This document shows positions 48,887-58,350 of a stretch of DNA of 64,000 nt, piece after piece. The notes below the pieces were generated by a model. That model was not told where the DNA came from. It ran no database searches and was given only the letters and a program-made list of their open reading frames with translations. The stretch is taken from the NCBI GenBank assembly GCA_963798135.1, contig CAWCSI010000007.1, positions 27,290 to 91,289 on the forward strand, given 5' to 3'. How positions within the stretch are numbered: the first letter of the stretch is position 1; every line of letters begins with the position of its first letter. The translations under genes and the position numbers were made by a program. Source of the DNA: Candidatus Bathyarchaeota archaeon. Lineage in GTDB: Archaea > Thermoproteota > Bathyarchaeia > Bathyarchaeales > Bathycorpusculaceae.

Positions 48887-51124
48887 ATGATGCTCTCTAG
48901 ATCAGCAGTAGTTAAACTAAAAGCAATTTTCATAATTGACCTCATTATTGTAGGCGCTGCAGTCGGCGTCTTTTTTTACCTTCAAAACGATGGCTTATTA
49001 GCACAGGGAACTAAACCAGCAAAGTTTACCCTTAAAGATCTAACTATCAGCTCACCAAATGCAACTCTTGGTGATTCAGTATTGGTTTCAGTTAATGTAA
49101 CCAACGTAGGTGATTTTGAAGGAAATGACACAGTCAATTTTCTAATAAACGGTTCAGTTAGGGATATTGAAAATCTAACCCTTGCAGCTGGCGACTCTGT
49201 AATAGCTCAATTTAATGATGTCGAATTAAAAGAAGGCAACTATACTGTTAAAGTTGGTGATCTGACTGGTGCTTTTACAATTAATCCAGCGCTTCCAGAG
49301 TCAAGCAAAATTATCTTATCCAACCTTGTAAATGACCCGATTGAGATTTGGGCAAATGATACGGTTACCGTAACTGCATCTGCACAAAACCCCAGCGCAC
49401 AAGATGACAAACTTAGAGTAACATTAACAGTTGACGGCACAGTTGTGCAAACTTCAGAAATCTCAGTTGCTGCTGGCGAAACTCAAACTGTGGCGCTCAA
49501 CGCGACGGCAACAACTGAGGGACAACATAAAGTAAAATTGAACACATTGGTTGGATCTTTCTCAGTTGTCAAGACGGGTTTTCACACTATAGAAATTGCC
49601 CGTTCAGGCGGTGGCTCCAAATCTTTACCTTTTACTTTTGACAATCAACCAGTAGGCACAACATACACTGCGCTAGTGTCAGTAGGAGTGCACAGTATAT
49701 CTGTGCCATCGCCATATGATGTTGGAACAGGTGTAGTTGCGTTTTCAAGTTGGAGCGACGGTGTAAATAATCCAACAAGAACAGTCGACGTGGAAAAATG
49801 GACACTTCTGGTTGTAACTTACAACGTAATCAGCGGATATGCATCATGCCCCTCATTGTACACTTGGAATGGAACAGGATACTCTTATGTTACAGATGTG
49901 GCTAACTCGGGATGGCTTGGCTATTTAGGAACAATAAGTAACAACGGAGCGATAACAAATACAGGAGGAAACCCGTGGGATTACGTAAAACTTGACGAGA
50001 GCACAATGTCTACAAAAACAATCAATGGCAACAATTACTTTGATATGATTCTCTCCCAAGAATGGGACGAACTTTTCTATTTAGATTCAGCTACTTTGGT
50101 TGCTGTTGATCACCCTGCAGGAACAGACGCGTACACATCCATGACCAATTATCTAAACAAAGGTTCAACAGGACAAATCTACACTGTAAACTCAAATAGC
50201 CTCTTATCACCCATTGCAGCAACCAATGAAAAAGGACAAAATGTTCTTCCAGACATATTGAAACAGGACGGAGTTTTCACCCCAGGCACCTATGGCACTC
50301 AAAATCCAGCATGGAATAATATAACATTAAACCAGTTAACAGTTGACTTGGGAAATCTATCTGCCGCTCAGCAAATAAAGCTTGTATTTACTGGAATTGT
50401 AGATTGGGGACCATACCAATCCTATTACAATTGGATCGACATGTTCAAAACTGCTGCTGCCCAAGGACTCGTACCAAATGGCACAGCAATTACACCTGAT
50501 TCATATATGGAGTATAAAGCTGCAAATGGCACTTGGGTACGACTTTCACAAGACAAACAAATACCTATACCTGCAGATTCCAATCCTAGAACTTTCGTGG
50601 TGGACTTAACCGGAGTGTTTCCAAAAGGCATAACTGATTATCAAATTCGAATAAGCAACTTTTGGAATGTAACCTATGACTATATTGGAATAGATACTAG
50701 TACTCAACAAAACATAACTGTACAAAAAATCAATCCTATCGCAACTCTTAGCCAATTCTGCAGTACTAATTCTACTTCTTCTGGAAACTTTACAAAATAT
50801 GGCGATGTGTCAGCGTTGGTTCAAAATGCCGATGATATGTTTGTAATAGGCAGACAAGGTGACCAAGTTGAGCTTGAATTTCCAACCGCTAACCTTACAG
50901 CACCTGCGCCCGGTATGGTGAGAGATTATTTCCTATTCGTCTCTGCCTGGTTTAAGGATCCTCCAGGACAATGGGGATATGGGTTTAATTTCACAACTGA
51001 CCCAATGCCGTTTATGGCTATGAGCGGATATCCATATCCATCCACTGAAAGCTACCCATACGACGCAGCACACTTGGCATATCTCCAACAATACAACACC
51101 CGAGTAATTCCACCAGCAAACTGA
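48887..51124 (+). CDS. Large membrane-anchored extracellular protein: two CARDB-like Ig domains plus a conserved C-terminal domain
   Basis: N-terminal TM; VNVTNVGDFEG; SCPSLYTWNG, YLD..LVAVDHP, TKYGDV, DDMFVI, RDYFL, MSGYPYP, YNTR. Confidence 0.8.
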   Translation: MMLSRSAVVKLKAIFIIDLIIVGAAVGVFFYLQNDGLLAQGTKPAKFTLKDLTISSPNATLGDSVLVSVNVTNVGDFEGNDTVNFLINGSVRDIENLTLAAGDSVIAQFNDVELKEGNYTVKVGDLTGAFTINPALPESSKIILSNLVNDPIEIWANDTVTVTASAQNPSAQDDKLRVTLTVDGTVVQTSEISVAAGETQTVALNATATTEGQHKVKLNTLVGSFSVVKTGFHTIEIARSGGGSKSLPFTFDNQPVGTTYTALVSVGVHSISVPSPYDVGTGVVAFSSWSDGVNNPTRTVDVEKWTLLVVTYNVISGYASCPSLYTWNGTGYSYVTDVANSGWLGYLGTISNNGAITNTGGNPWDYVKLDESTMSTKTINGNNYFDMILSQEWDELFYLDSATLVAVDHPAGTDAYTSMTNYLNKGSTGQIYTVNSNSLLSPIAATNEKGQNVLPDILKQDGVFTPGTYGTQNPAWNNITLNQLTVDLGNLSAAQQIKLVFTGIVDWGPYQSYYNWIDMFKTAAAQGLVPNGTAITPDSYMEYKAANGTWVRLSQDKQIPIPADSNPRTFVVDLTGVFPKGITDYQIRISNFWNVTYDYIGIDTSTQQNITVQKINPIATLSQFCSTNSTSSGNFTKYGDVSALVQNADDMFVIGRQGDQVELEFPTANLTAPAPGMVRDYFLFVSAWFKDPPGQWGYGFNFTTDPMPFMAMSGYPYPSTESYPYDAAHLAYLQQYNTRVIPPAN

Positions 51125-51237
51125 GGATTAACGTCAAACCTGCCCTAAAAAACTAAAACACCCTAAATCCAAAATTCGCTAAACCTTTAAATCACTATTT
51201 TCTTATTTGCATAACTAAAACTTACAAGAGTACTATC

Positions 51238-51936
51238 ATGTCTTTAATTCCCCAGATCTCTAATCCGTATCTTGGAGCGCTTATTGGCGGTTTAACATAT
51301 GGATTCGCGGTTTGCACTGCAACGTGCCTCCCATACGTAGCAAGCTACATTGCAGGTACCGGCGCAGATTTTCGTAAGGGAGTAGGCATAACCTTAACTT
51401 TCAATTCTGGGCGAATAGCAGCTTACGCTTTAATCGGAGGCTTAGTAGGCATATTTAGCGGTTTATTTAGATTATTTGTTTCCGCCTCAACGATTTCTCC
51501 ATTTCAAATGTACTCATCAATTGCCTTTGGAATAGTGACGATACTAATAGGCGGCTATATTCTACTCACATTAAAAACGAAGAAAACCTGCAGTGCCCAA
51601 CAAACCCAAAACTTTGGTTTGAATGGAAAAACAGGTAGATTTGGATTCGATTATGGCGCTTTTTCCCTCGGCTTAAGTAGAGGATTAATCATTTGTCCAC
51701 CTTTAATAGCGCTCTTGATTTATTCGTTACCTTTTGCAAGCCCACTTGGAAGCGTAGGTTTAGCCGTATTGTTCGGGCTAGGAACAACTATTTCTCCAAT
51801 ACTTTTACTTGGAGGACTTACCGGGTGGCTTCTCAATAAAGCACCTTTGTTTCGAAAATGGCTTTCAATTGCTGGTGCGGGAATACTAATACTGCTTGGA
51901 GCTGTCACATTAATAACTGCAATAATTCAACTTTAA
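51238..51936 (+). CDS. DsbD_2/UreH-like (TauE/SafE-like) Cys-bearing membrane protein
   Basis: CTATCLPY, FNSGRI.AY, GLIICPP, LFGLGT; 6-7 TMs. Confidence 0.8.
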   Translation: MSLIPQISNPYLGALIGGLTYGFAVCTATCLPYVASYIAGTGADFRKGVGITLTFNSGRIAAYALIGGLVGIFSGLFRLFVSASTISPFQMYSSIAFGIVTILIGGYILLTLKTKKTCSAQQTQNFGLNGKTGRFGFDYGAFSLGLSRGLIICPPLIALLIYSLPFASPLGSVGLAVLFGLGTTISPILLLGGLTGWLLNKAPLFRKWLSIAGAGILILLGAVTLITAIIQL

Positions 51937-51960
51937 AAATAATTAAAAACGTGAAAAACA

Positions 51961-52944
51961 ATGAACTGGGACATAATAGGCAATATGCTATTAATCATAG
52001 TATTAGCAGGACTCGCAGTAGGCGGAGTCCTCGCTGTTTTAATTTGGAAGAAAAACTTGGCGACAAAAGTAACCTACATAAGATTAGTTATTCAAAGTAT
52101 TGCTTTTGCAGCGCTCTTCTACTTTTTCACCTTCACTATCCCACTTCTTTATGTGTTTATAGCTATTTTCGCGGTCACCATTGTTTTAGGTCGATTCTAT
52201 TGTGGATGGTTGTGCCCATTGGGCTTGGTTATGGACCTGACCGTTTTTGCTCGAAAAGCGTTGAAAATAAGTTATCACCTTATTCCTGATAGTTTAAACA
52301 AGATTTTGCATAAATCAAGATACGTGATATTTTTGTTCTTTTTATTTGTGCCAATTGCTTTATGGTTAATTCAGCCTCCTCCAAGCACAAATGTGGCTAT
52401 TTTGGAAGCTCAGCTTTTAGCTGGACCATTTCGTCCTTACAGTGTTTTAATTGACCCCTTGATACCGTTTGTGGTACCCTGGACAAATGCTGCTGTACCT
52501 GTTTTCCAAATTAATTTGACATTTCCTTACGTTCAAGAATTTTTCAGTTATTTAGGAAAAAATATTAATTTAGTATTCGCTATCGCTTTTGTTGGTATAA
52601 CGCTAGTTGGATCATTTTTCTTTAGACGGTTTTGGTGCCGATTCTGCCCTACAGGCGTTTCATTAAGTGTTATTAACAGGTTCAACGGATTTAAGTGGGT
52701 GCCTTTGCTCCACCTTGAAAAAGATGAAGAAAAATGCACCAAGTGTGGCGTTTGCAAGAGAGTCTGTCAATCGCAAGTAACAGAGGTGTACGAGCAGAAA
52801 GGTGGAACAATCGAAACCTCCATGTGTTTGTTATGCTTGCGTTGTGCGGAAATGTGTCCGTATGAAGATACGCTAAAATTGAAGTTTGGTAATAAGACTT
52901 TATTTAAATCAAGAAACTGGCTGGAGCCATCTACAAGCGAGTGA
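51961..52944 (+). CDS. NapH/MauN-like membrane 4Fe-4S protein
   Basis: GRFYCGWLCPLG, RFWCRFCPTG, CTKCGVCKRVC, CLLCLRCAEMCP. Confidence 0.9.
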   Translation: MNWDIIGNMLLIIVLAGLAVGGVLAVLIWKKNLATKVTYIRLVIQSIAFAALFYFFTFTIPLLYVFIAIFAVTIVLGRFYCGWLCPLGLVMDLTVFARKALKISYHLIPDSLNKILHKSRYVIFLFFLFVPIALWLIQPPPSTNVAILEAQLLAGPFRPYSVLIDPLIPFVVPWTNAAVPVFQINLTFPYVQEFFSYLGKNINLVFAIAFVGITLVGSFFFRRFWCRFCPTGVSLSVINRFNGFKWVPLLHLEKDEEKCTKCGVCKRVCQSQVTEVYEQKGGTIETSMCLLCLRCAEMCPYEDTLKLKFGNKTLFKSRNWLEPSTSE

Positions 52945-54284
52945 ATAAAATAATGAATACCGAAAAAACTGAAAAGAAATACATGCCTGAAATTCCCGCA
53001 AAAGAAATGGAAGAACTCAGAAACAGCATAAAAGCTGCCTCCCAAAAAATAATTGCTGAGAACATTGAGCGCATGAAGAAGGCTGATCCTAAAAGACCCC
53101 AAGCTATGAACTATTTTGACGAGATGGCCGACTTATTTGGTCAACGCCAAAAAGAGATTTCTTCCGAGAAACAGAAAGGCAAGAAAGTTATAGGTTACAC
53201 ATGCTTATTTGCTCCAATCGAATTGATTTCAGCAGCGGACGCCATCCCTGTACGAGTAAATTCAGGTTGGTATGACACTTCCAAAATTGGGGACAGAGTT
53301 GTACCCGTTGAAGTTTGCCCAGTTATCCGTTCAACCATAGGCGCAAAAATGATTGAACTTTCACCATTCCTTGAGCAAAGCGACGCACTTATAAGTGTTT
53401 TAACGTGCGATGGAATGACAAAAATGGGTGAGATTTTAAGCGATTACAAAACTATTTGGGAAATGAACATTCCAAGAGTTAAAGATGCAGAGCACTCGCG
53501 ACGCTTTTGGAATGATGAATTATGGCATATGAAAGGACAGCTCGAAAAGTTTACTGGCAACAAAATTACGCGAAAAAACCTCAAAGAAGCTATCGAGCAA
53601 AGTCAGAGAGCTACCCGAGCTTTTCGTCGCTTACAGGATTTACGCAAAGGTTCACCTGTTATTATGGGTAGAGATGCTATGCTTGTGAACCAATCGTACT
53701 TGTGGGATGATAAGAAGCGTTGGACCGAAAAAACTGAAGCATTATGTGATGAGCTTGATAAGAAAGTTCAGAGGAAAGAATGGGTTTGCTCACCTGAAAC
53801 TCCACGTGTACTGGTAACAGGTACTCCAATGTTTTGGCCAGATAACTGGAAGTTGCCAACTCTTGTTGAAGAATCAAATCCTCAGGGCATTATTGTTGCC
53901 GATGAACTTTGTTCAGGTGAAAGAATTCTAAATGACCCCGTAGGTGTGGATGAATGGAACATGGATGATATGATTAACGCTATTGGCGACAGGTATTTGA
54001 TGGCTTCCACGTGCCCATGCTTCACTTCAAAAGATGGCAATGAAGACAGGATTAACTGGCTTTTAAACAAAGTTAAGGAATCCAATATTCAAGGCGTCAT
54101 TTATTATGTGGTGCGCGGCTGTATGCTTTACGCCATGGAATATACCCGAATAAAAAAGGCTCTTGACAAAGTAAACATACCAGTTTACTACCTTGACACC
54201 GATTATACCCGAGAAGACGTCGGGCAAATGAAAACGCGGGTTGAAGCATTCCTTGAAATGTTAACCGCAAGAGTTGAAATCTAA
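52941..54284 (+). CDS. 2-hydroxyacyl-CoA dehydratase superfamily protein, double-cubane-cluster protein (DCCP)-like
   Basis: RP.AM.YFD N-terminus; GYTC, EVCP.IRS, LTCDG, DELCSG.R, TCPCF, RGC..Y; TDY..D.GQ..TRVEAF.E. Confidence 0.8.
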   Translation: MNKIMNTEKTEKKYMPEIPAKEMEELRNSIKAASQKIIAENIERMKKADPKRPQAMNYFDEMADLFGQRQKEISSEKQKGKKVIGYTCLFAPIELISAADAIPVRVNSGWYDTSKIGDRVVPVEVCPVIRSTIGAKMIELSPFLEQSDALISVLTCDGMTKMGEILSDYKTIWEMNIPRVKDAEHSRRFWNDELWHMKGQLEKFTGNKITRKNLKEAIEQSQRATRAFRRLQDLRKGSPVIMGRDAMLVNQSYLWDDKKRWTEKTEALCDELDKKVQRKEWVCSPETPRVLVTGTPMFWPDNWKLPTLVEESNPQGIIVADELCSGERILNDPVGVDEWNMDDMINAIGDRYLMASTCPCFTSKDGNEDRINWLLNKVKESNIQGVIYYVVRGCMLYAMEYTRIKKALDKVNIPVYYLDTDYTREDVGQMKTRVEAFLEMLTARVEI

Positions 54285-54296
54285 ACAAGTGATTTC

Positions 54297-55082
54297 ATGA
54301 TTACTGTCGGAATGGATTTAGGTACACAATCCGTCAAAACGGTCGTGTTAAAAGATGACGCTGTTTTGTCAAGGAAACAAGCGTTCTCAGGTTTTGATCC
54401 AACAAAAGCCGCCGAGCAAACCGTGGACGAAGCTCTAAATCAAGCGGGTCTGGCAAAATCTGACGTTAGTTTATTTGTCGCAACCGGTTCAGGCATGAAC
54501 TTGGCGCCTTACGCGAACAGCACAATAAGTATGATGGGTGCTGACGCCAAAGCTGCTATTTACCTTTTTCCAAAAGCTAGAACTATTATCGATGTTGGTG
54601 CTGAAGAAGCTAGAGCAGTTAAGTGCGATGAGAAAGGGGTTATGGCTGATTTTGTTGTTAACGAGCGGTGTGCCGCCGGTGCGGGTGCATTTATTGAGGC
54701 AATGGCGCGTGCTTTAGAAGTAAAATTGGAGGATATGGGTCCGTTGTCGCTTAAGGCGGAGCGGGCTAGCCCCATTAATGCTTCATGCGTAATCTTCGGT
54801 GAATCAGACGTAGTTTCACTGATTCATCGCCAAGAATCTAAACCTGAAATAGCAAGAGCAGTTTTCGACGCAATGGCTGATCGTATTTCGTCGATGGTTC
54901 ATAGATTGGGAGTAAACCCGGATGTGGTTCTGGTTGGCGGAGTAGCTAAGGATGTCGGTTTTGTTGCAGCATTAAATCGAAAATTAGGAGTCAAAGTTTT
55001 GATACCTGAATATCCTGACTATGTTGGCGCACTTGGAGCGGCTTTAATAGCTGCTCACAGATCTAAGGAGACGCAAAAGTGA
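54297..55082 (+). CDS. bzdP: ASKHA ATPase/activase, Bzd-type benzoyl-CoA reductase subunit P-like
   Basis: GMDLGTQ, DVGAEEARA, NERCAAGAG.F.E, NASCVIFGES. Confidence 0.72.
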   Translation: MITVGMDLGTQSVKTVVLKDDAVLSRKQAFSGFDPTKAAEQTVDEALNQAGLAKSDVSLFVATGSGMNLAPYANSTISMMGADAKAAIYLFPKARTIIDVGAEEARAVKCDEKGVMADFVVNERCAAGAGAFIEAMARALEVKLEDMGPLSLKAERASPINASCVIFGESDVVSLIHRQESKPEIARAVFDAMADRISSMVHRLGVNPDVVLVGGVAKDVGFVAALNRKLGVKVLIPEYPDYVGALGAALIAAHRSKETQK

Positions 55083-55990
55083 GCGAACCAATTACCGTTA
55101 AAGAAGACGTAGAATTCTGGCGTTGGAAAGAATATCAGCGTATAATGCCAGGGATAAAATGGACAAACAAAGACACTATAACGGCTGGTGTTGATGTAGG
55201 GTCGGTTGGTTCAAAGGCTGCTATAATGGTTAACGGAGAAGCATATTCATGGGGTATTACTCGAACTGGTTCTAATAGTCCTGAAAGTGCAACTAAGGCT
55301 TTAGATTGGGCTCTTAAAGGTACGGGTCTTAAGGCAAGTGACATCAAATACATAGTCGGTACAGGTTATGGGAGGGTCAATGTTCCTATGGCAAACAAAG
55401 CTATAACAGAAATTGCATGCCATGCAAAAGGAGCCAATTATATTTGGGGACCAAGCGTTCGAACAGTTCTTGACGTTGGAGGACAAGACATCAAAGCCAT
55501 TCGAATAGATGAAACAGGTAGAGTAGTTTCGTTTTTGATGAATGACAAATGTGCAGCTGGAACTGGCAGAGGAATGGAAGTCTTCGCTGATCTCCTGAAG
55601 ATTCCGATTGAGAAGATCGGGGAAATGTCACTTCAAGTAGATGAGGAACCGCCCCCAGTAAGTTGTACATGTGTTGCTTTTGCAAAAACCGAAGCCATGG
55701 GGCTTCTACGTAAAAGCTGGTCTAAAGAGAAGGTTTTGGCAGCGTACACGAGAGCAATGGCTGTTCGTATGGCTAATCTGATCAATAGAGTTGGTCTAGA
55801 AAAAGAATTAGTTATAACGGGTGGGCAATCAAAGAATATTGGAATTGTTAGCAGGATAGAGGTTGTTTTGGGGACAAAATGTTTGCCTATGCCCAATTGG
55901 AGAGAAAACGGCTTAGATCCTATGGTTGCAGGCGCGTTAGGCGCAGCGATTTTCGGCAAGGCACTTTATGAGAAAGGACAAAAAACTTAG
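55079..55990 (+). CDS. bzdQ: ASKHA ATPase/activase, Bzd-type benzoyl-CoA reductase subunit Q-like
   Basis: EFWRW.E N-extension, ITAGVDVGSV, TGYGRVNVP, TEIACHA, DVGGQD, MNDKCAAGTGRGMEV, CVAFAK. Confidence 0.78.
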   Translation: MSEPITVKEDVEFWRWKEYQRIMPGIKWTNKDTITAGVDVGSVGSKAAIMVNGEAYSWGITRTGSNSPESATKALDWALKGTGLKASDIKYIVGTGYGRVNVPMANKAITEIACHAKGANYIWGPSVRTVLDVGGQDIKAIRIDETGRVVSFLMNDKCAAGTGRGMEVFADLLKIPIEKIGEMSLQVDEEPPPVSCTCVAFAKTEAMGLLRKSWSKEKVLAAYTRAMAVRMANLINRVGLEKELVITGGQSKNIGIVSRIEVVLGTKCLPMPNWRENGLDPMVAGALGAAIFGKALYEKGQKT

Positions 55991-56001
55991 AGGACAAGTT
56001 A

Positions 56002-56289
56002 TTGATTACGAATTATGGCTATAGCGACGGATCAGGTGAATACTATATAACAATTGATACTGACAAATGCATTGGCTGTGGCAAGTGCGTGAAAAAGTGT
56101 CCACAATCAGCACTTCAGCTCGAAACCATGTTTATAGACCTTGAGGATAAGATTGTTGCTTCAGCTACAGAAGAGCATAGAAAGAAAATAAAGTATACAT
56201 GTGCACCTTGTAGGCCCGAAACTAATAGAACTCCATGTATGCTATCGTGTGATTCAAAAGCAATTAACTGTACATGGAAGATTCTGTAA
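56002..56289 (+). CDS. 2x[4Fe-4S] ferredoxin, BzdM-like
   Basis: NYGYSDGSGEYYITIDTDKCIGCGKCV..CP ... KIKYTCAPC....PC...C. Confidence 0.8.
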   Translation: MITNYGYSDGSGEYYITIDTDKCIGCGKCVKKCPQSALQLETMFIDLEDKIVASATEEHRKKIKYTCAPCRPETNRTPCMLSCDSKAINCTWKIL

Positions 56290-56402
56290 GATGTTACTTG
56301 GGTATTTTTTGCACATCAGCAGAGTCTAATTTTATTTAGCTATTTAGCGCGGCCTATTACATGTCTTGAATCGTCATATATTAGAAAACGTTATCTGAGA
56401 TA

Positions 56403-56430
56403 TTGCTTGAGGATTCGTTAGCTTTATTTA
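56403..56430 (+). promoter_or_regulatory. TTGCTTGA-N13-TATA promoter motif
   Basis: TTGCTTGA GGATTCGTTAGCT TTATTTA upstream of the 56469 ORF. Confidence 0.55.
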
Positions 56431-56468
56431 TCGTTCCGCATACAGAAGGTTGTTAGCGGGGTAATAAA

Positions 56469-57020
56469 TTGGCAAGGAATCCTCAGTCAAAAGATGAAGC
56501 ATTAGAAGCTGTAGACTTTATCGTGAACGTCTTGAAAGAACACGAAAAAGATCTGGATAAGCTGATTAATGAGCTAGCAACCGTGACCGAACAACTTGGA
56601 GACAACGGACAAATAAACGGCAAAGTAGAAAAAGTCGAAGAAAAAATTAATGGCTTACAAAAAGAAGTAACAAATTTAATTTCATCCTTATCAATCGCAC
56701 CAAAAGAACCTCTTCCTTTAGCGGTAGCGGAAAGGAGTGTTCAATTTGCACCTGCTCTGTCGATTCAAAATGGGCCATCGGTGATTTTTAAGTGTAAACA
56801 ATGGGAGGATTTTCAGACGTTAGCATTTCAAGCTCAAACTTTGACTTTTAGCTATAGAGAAGAAGAGAAGCTTTTCCAGGCTGACGCTCTAAAAGGAAAT
56901 CAAATTATTTCTTATAGCGGTGCTGTTCCAAAGCTATCTGCTATTCTGAAGTCATTTTTATCTAGGCAACTGGATGTTCCTGAAAGGAGCATTCTTGAAG
57001 GCGTTTTAGCGATAAACTAA
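56469..57020 (+). CDS. Hypothetical protein with N-terminal coiled coil
   Basis: EAVDFIVNVLKEHEKDLDKLI heptads; CKQWEDF C-terminal domain. Confidence 0.75.
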   Translation: MARNPQSKDEALEAVDFIVNVLKEHEKDLDKLINELATVTEQLGDNGQINGKVEKVEEKINGLQKEVTNLISSLSIAPKEPLPLAVAERSVQFAPALSIQNGPSVIFKCKQWEDFQTLAFQAQTLTFSYREEEKLFQADALKGNQIISYSGAVPKLSAILKSFLSRQLDVPERSILEGVLAIN

Positions 57021-57682
57021 ATCAATATTTCTATTCTTTATTTTGAGTTCATAAGGCTTATAATATTTTATTGTATTTTGAATCTTGTTCGTGATTGGAG
57101 GACTAGTTAAGGTTGAAGGAAAACCAAATAGCCGATTACATTTTCCGTTTTCGAAGCCTTCTCCTTTCTCCTCGATGACGGATGGCACTGGTTTGCCAAC
57201 AAACAACAACCAGTCCTCCAACACAACATTTTTATTAATTCTCAACAAAACAAAGTCTTTTTCGGGATCAGCACACTTAATATGTCTAATTGAAACAAGA
57301 TTAAATAGTTATACCAAATCTTAAATGCAATTAACAACTAGTATATTTTCGGTAGATTGTTTTGGCAGTAGATGTGGAGCGAACAAAAAAGCCAAAGCTT
57401 CCGAAAAAACGGTTGCTAAAAAAAACAAACATAAGATAAGAATAGTTGCTTTCGTTCTGTTCGATTTTTTCAATTTGGTAGGGAGAAAAATGTTTGTAAG
57501 TTGTCATAAACAAAAAATCCATCAACCTGAAATAAGAGTTCTTTAGGTATTGAAAAATGGATTAACCGCAAATAACGAAGCTATTTTGAAGATAAACTGA
57601 AAATATTTAGGAAAAATATTTTAAAAAAAGTAAAATATTGAATGCATTTTACTTACTAAAGAAGTTTTTTTTGGGGTTCAAT

Positions 57683-58207
57683 CTATTTTGGCGCTGTCAA
57701 ATATTTGAGGTGGAATGGCTTTATTATGATTCCAGCTTTTAGATCAGCATGGAACGTTTGGCTTTCCACTACCCACTCAGAAAGTTCTGAATCATGCGCC
57801 CTTATGAATTCAGCGAAGTTTGCAAAGTTTTCATGCAGTGAAATGCAGGCTGCATCCCAGCCCATTCCTCTTCCATCTAAAACTAAAATTACGTTGGGTT
57901 GCTTCATGTACCATTCTTTCATTTTGTGTAAGGCTTTGGTTTTTTCTTCTCCTGTTGCTGATTTCAGTTTGCTTTTTATTAGCGTGAATGCAGCTATTTC
58001 AAACCCGATTTGCCCAAATTTGGGAATAACTGTGTATCCTTCAATAAAGTTTTCTTCAAGCATTGCTCTTCTTCTTGTTACAGTAGGTTGGGAAACCCCG
58101 AGGGACTTTGCAAGCTGCCTATCGCTTCTGTGCGAATCCTTCATTAATTCAAAAAGTATTTTGTAGTCTATGGGTTTCAATTCTTTCATTGCAATCATCT
58201 TGTACAT
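57683..58207 (-). CDS. Lrp/AsnC-family transcriptional regulator
   Basis: DYKILFELMKDSHRSDRQLAKSLGVSQPTVTRRR...IEGYT..P. Confidence 0.88.
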   Translation of the reverse strand: MYKMIAMKELKPIDYKILFELMKDSHRSDRQLAKSLGVSQPTVTRRRAMLEENFIEGYTVIPKFGQIGFEIAAFTLIKSKLKSATGEEKTKALHKMKEWYMKQPNVILVLDGRGMGWDAACISLHENFANFAEFIRAHDSELSEWVVESQTFHADLKAGIIIKPFHLKYLTAPK

Positions 58208-58350
58208 TCAATAGCGTTTTTTCCATCATATATAAAGTCATTGTTGAATAAATGAAAAAATTGTTCCAGTCTAACACGGCAACAGTAACATGGTGACAGA
58301 TACTTTTAAGAGAAAAAACCGCTTAGTCACCATGTGGAGCGCTAAAAGTC

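Noticed and set aside
52941-56289. Calling the operon a canonical benzoyl-CoA reductase
   Set aside because: Only one HAD-family subunit is present and it has DCCP-like motifs. There is no BzdN/BzdO pair and no ring-cleavage gene in the window.
57006-57546. Short ORFs with a trypsin-like DFVLLRI...FGFP fragment
   Set aside because: Fragmentary, with no catalytic His or Ser motif; too weak to call.
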